A stretch of DNA of 64,000 nucleotides, from contig CDMY01000447.1 in assembly GCA_001179505.1 (NCBI GenBank), positions 1 to 64,000 on the forward strand. Reading direction: 5' to 3'. Shown here in pieces: positions 61,312-64,000 of the stretch. The stretch's first letter is position 1. Each line of letters starts with the position of its first letter. The translations under genes were made by a program, and so were the position numbers. The notes below the pieces were generated by a model. It had not been told where the DNA came from. It ran no database searches and saw only the letters and a list, made by a program, of their open reading frames with translations. This stretch comes from Vitrella brassicaformis CCMP3155. Lineage: Eukaryota > Protista > Chromerida.

Positions 61312-62830
61312 ATGGCCGAGTTCAGTCCCAATGTCAGAGGCGACCCAAGCGTGGGTTCCCTCGTGGTGTGCACCTTCAGACTCGGAGAAGTGCCATCCCT
61401 CCGGAGAGCCAGGTCATCATCCAGCTTGTTCCGCAGAGCCAACGGAGAGGACTTCTCGCGTGAAACGTCGATGATGCGCCGGGTGGAATCGTCACCCAGC
61501 CTCTCGGGTTCGATTGTGGCCTGTTTCAGCGAGGTCTTCTTGACGATCCCAAACTCGCCAGCGAACCAGGACATGATCCACGTCAGGATCTTCAGCGGCA
61601 GTGATCCAGGTGAGCTTTCACCGGAAGGTGTGTCTGCATCCCCCGAGGCTGCGTTTAGGGTTCTCGCGTGAGACGACGATGATGCGCCGGGTGGAATCGT
61701 CACCCAGCTCCAGAGAAGAACTCTCGCGCGAAGGTACAGCAATGGAGAGGATCGTCTCACCACCGGGATGCCGACGCTTTTGTCCCTTCAGATTCAATTG
61801 TGGCCTGTTTCGGCGAGGTCTTGTTGACGACCCCAAACCCCGCTGGCGACACGAACCAGGACATGATCCACGTCAGGCTCTTCACCGGCAGGTGTGTCTG
61901 CATCCGCCGAGGCTGCGTCGCATGTGTGCCGGCCTACTCCCTGCGGATGCGAGGGCGGGCCAGGGAGGCCGTGAATAGCCACACGTGGCCGGTTCACATC
62001 TTGAGGGCAGTCCACGGCTTCCCTCCCCTTTCCAGGAGACTGTCTGCTGCGATGGTCAGGGAGGCGGCGTTGGGGGCGGGTGCAGCTGCTGGTGCGGCCG
62101 CTACGGGACTAGTCACGAGTTCAATGATCGGCGCTGCTGCTGCTACTGGTGGGTGAGGCGGTAGGGGGGAGGCAATGACCGCATGGTGCCACTCACGCTC
62201 ATCACTGCGTACGGTGTGTGTTGTCTGTCGGGTTGGCTGTTGTCAGGAACGGCAGGAGCCGCGGCAACCAACGAGTGGCCTCGCAACGATAGGAGGGGCG
62301 GCAGGCCTGGGAGGGATGACTGGAGGCATTGGAGTGATTACCTTCATTCCGGCGGCGCTGACTGCCATCTCTATGCGCTCACTCGTCAGGCTATGGAGGG
62401 ATGACGCAACCACCGCAAACGCCACTGGCATCGGCGCGGCAACCGGTGGCCTTGCGGGAGCTGTTGGCAGTGTGGGCCTCGTCTTATCAAGTGAGATGCA
62501 TGCAACACGGAGAGAGACTGACACATGACATGCACGTAATATGGTGGTTCTGCTGCTGGTGTCTGTGCAGGTGGATCTGGGTCAGGTCTGAGTGCTGCGA
62601 GCATCGCCTCAAGGCTGGCGTCCCTCGGAGGCGGGTCCATTGCAGCGGGTGGAGGTGGGATGCTGGCCGGCCTGTCGGTCCTCACCCTCGGCACGATGGG
62701 CGTCGCTGCATTGGCAGGGGGCGCCTCCTGGGGCGTCGCCGAAGGCACTTTGTACTTGCTCGAAATCAACTTGAGGAATGACATCATGCGCCTACAGAGA
62801 CAGGGGGTTGTCTTCCCGGATGTGATGTGA
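61312..62830 (+). CDS. Gly/Ala-rich multi-helix membrane protein with an internally duplicated N-terminal module and an apparent +1 frameshift at ~62270
   Basis: Introns 61610-61658, 61735-61792, 61891-62035 and two later ones are phase-compatible. Hydrophobic motifs are TSGLATIGGAAGLGGMTGGIGVITFIPAAL and GLSAASIASRLASLGGGSIAAGGGGMLAGLSVL. The sequence GCA ACC a ACG AGT GGC has one extra base between GTAGAAAT and TSGLATIGG. Confidence 0.6.
61455..61918. repeat. Diverged tandem duplication (~200-290 nt unit) inside the glycine-zipper gene
   Basis: atgatgcgccgggtggaatcgtcacccagc occurs at ~61471 and ~61679. ttgtggcctgtttc..gaaccaggacatgatccacgtcagg occurs at ~61514-61587 and ~61798-61877. gtgtgtctgcatcc..gaggctgcgt occurs at ~61628 and ~61891. 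Confidence 0.9.
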
Positions 62831-63448
62831 CGCGGGGGCGGGGCACTCCTGTCAACAGTGTGCTTTTTCGATGCTTGGACATTCTGTCCTCCACATGCCA
62901 TGTGGTTCTGAGTCAGTTTGTAGTACGAAGCACTGGACAGGATGCATGTTGTGCCTGTGCGGCGGTACTGTAGCCTCTGTGCAGGTTGTGCACGTGCGCG
63001 CCTGTCTGTCTGTCTGTCTGTCTGTGTGCGTGTATGCATATGCTCGTGGTGCATTCGATCCCATTACTCTTGGTGTGTGAGCGTGTGTGATTGTCCGTTG
63101 GTTTTCCTCTCGACTGTCTCTGGGCTGTATTCGTGTGCTGCGCCACTGGCACAACGAAATACAATCCACAAAGAGACGAGGGGCGGCCGCATCTGCGGAT
63201 GTCTCTTCCGGTTTGTGCATGCATGCCGATTGCTTCTCATAAAGTGCTTGCGCAAATATAGGCTTGTGAGGGGGTTTGTCTTGGAGACTGTCCAGCCAGA
63301 CAGAATGTCGGTGTTAGTGTTGCATGCGTTGGTGTGTCAGGGGACAAGACGACGGGAGCATTGCAGATGTGTACGGGTGCCTGGTGGGTCAAGATGGGAC
63401 GCTGATAAATGCATGTCTCGGCTGCCGCGCGTGTGCTGACGACAGTGA

Positions 63449-63490
63449 GCAACCCGCGAGACAGATTTCTCGCGGGTTGCCGCGAGAAAT
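63449..63490. other. Two overlapping, mutually exclusive perfect inverted repeats
   Basis: gcaacccgcgaga (63449-61) pairs with tctcgcgggttgc (63468-80): 13 bp, 6-nt loop. atttctcgcgg (63465-75) pairs with ccgcgagaaat (63480-90): 11 bp, 4-nt loop. Confidence 0.9.
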
Positions 63491-64000
63491 TTGTATGGGA
63501 GGCATGGCTGGCCACCAACAACGACAACCAACAAACAGCCATGCGATTTTCTTCGGCGGCCACGATCGGTAAACGAGACGATGAGGAGGGGACAGACCTG
63601 GGCCTCGTCAACGGTTTTAGAGACCTTTGATTCATCCATCCGTCCCCGAGTGTGATTCATGTCATGCACACGAGAAGCGTCTCTGGACATGACACCATGC
63701 AATCAATGCAGAGAGGGAGCACTTACTGTCCGCAGAGAGTGTGTGAGAGCGAGGCAGAGAGAGCCTATGTACAGCACACAAGGACGGACCTACACACCGC
63801 ACTGACAGACAGACATGCACTGACAGACATCACAACCACTCACACAGCGTGTGTATCCGTCCCTGCCATTTCTCTCTCAGCTACCGACATCCTCTCTATC
63901 CTCTCTGTGTCAGTGGTGCCCTGCCGTACGACACAATGGTAAGTCATCCAGCCATCCACCGACCAGCCAGCCATGCCCATCCATCTATCCGTCTGACTGA

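Noticed and set aside
1-64000. CRISPR arrays, rRNA/tRNA genes, transposases or reverse transcriptases
   Set aside because: No repeat-spacer array, cloverleaf, rRNA motif or DDE/RT/Rep-helicase motif was recognisable by eye; tRNAscan/Infernal/RepeatMasker would be the decisive checks.

Overview
Eukaryotic, GC-rich, intron-dense genomic DNA. Introns are mostly 50-150 nt, GT-AG, and full of (TG)n/(CA)n/(TCTG)n/(GGAT)n microsatellites. The ATG8 sequence, intron style and an expanded orphan family point to a chromerid alveolate such as Vitrella (inference, no database search). By manual splicing I reconstruct about 14 genes: a myristoylation-motif J-domain protein; a hidden proteasome assembly chaperone 4 (PAC4/PSMG4)-like gene broken by two frameshifts; a TMD0-like membrane domain fused to three PX domains; two paralogues of an orphan family (one 5'-truncated by a gap); ATG8; a two-ACT-domain protein; a ~20-kb HECT E3 ligase gene (CUB-like x2, UIM, SPRY, UBA-like, LamG-like, HECT); a BTB-TLDc-like-orphan-GYF gene; pyroglutamyl peptidase I; a GH2 beta-mannosidase; an RS-RING protein; and two divergent glycine-zipper membrane-protein genes. 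There are three 300-N gaps and a 540-bp perfect tandem duplication that is probably an assembly artefact. No rRNA, tRNA, CRISPR or transposase was recognisable. Highlights: (1) the TMD0-PX-PX-PX architecture; (2) three disabling lesions clustered in the HECT domain of an otherwise open ligase gene; (3) the BTB-TLDc-orphan-GYF fusion; (4) frameshift or nonsense lesions in four genes across the window. Splice models are read by eye and need RNA-seq confirmation.
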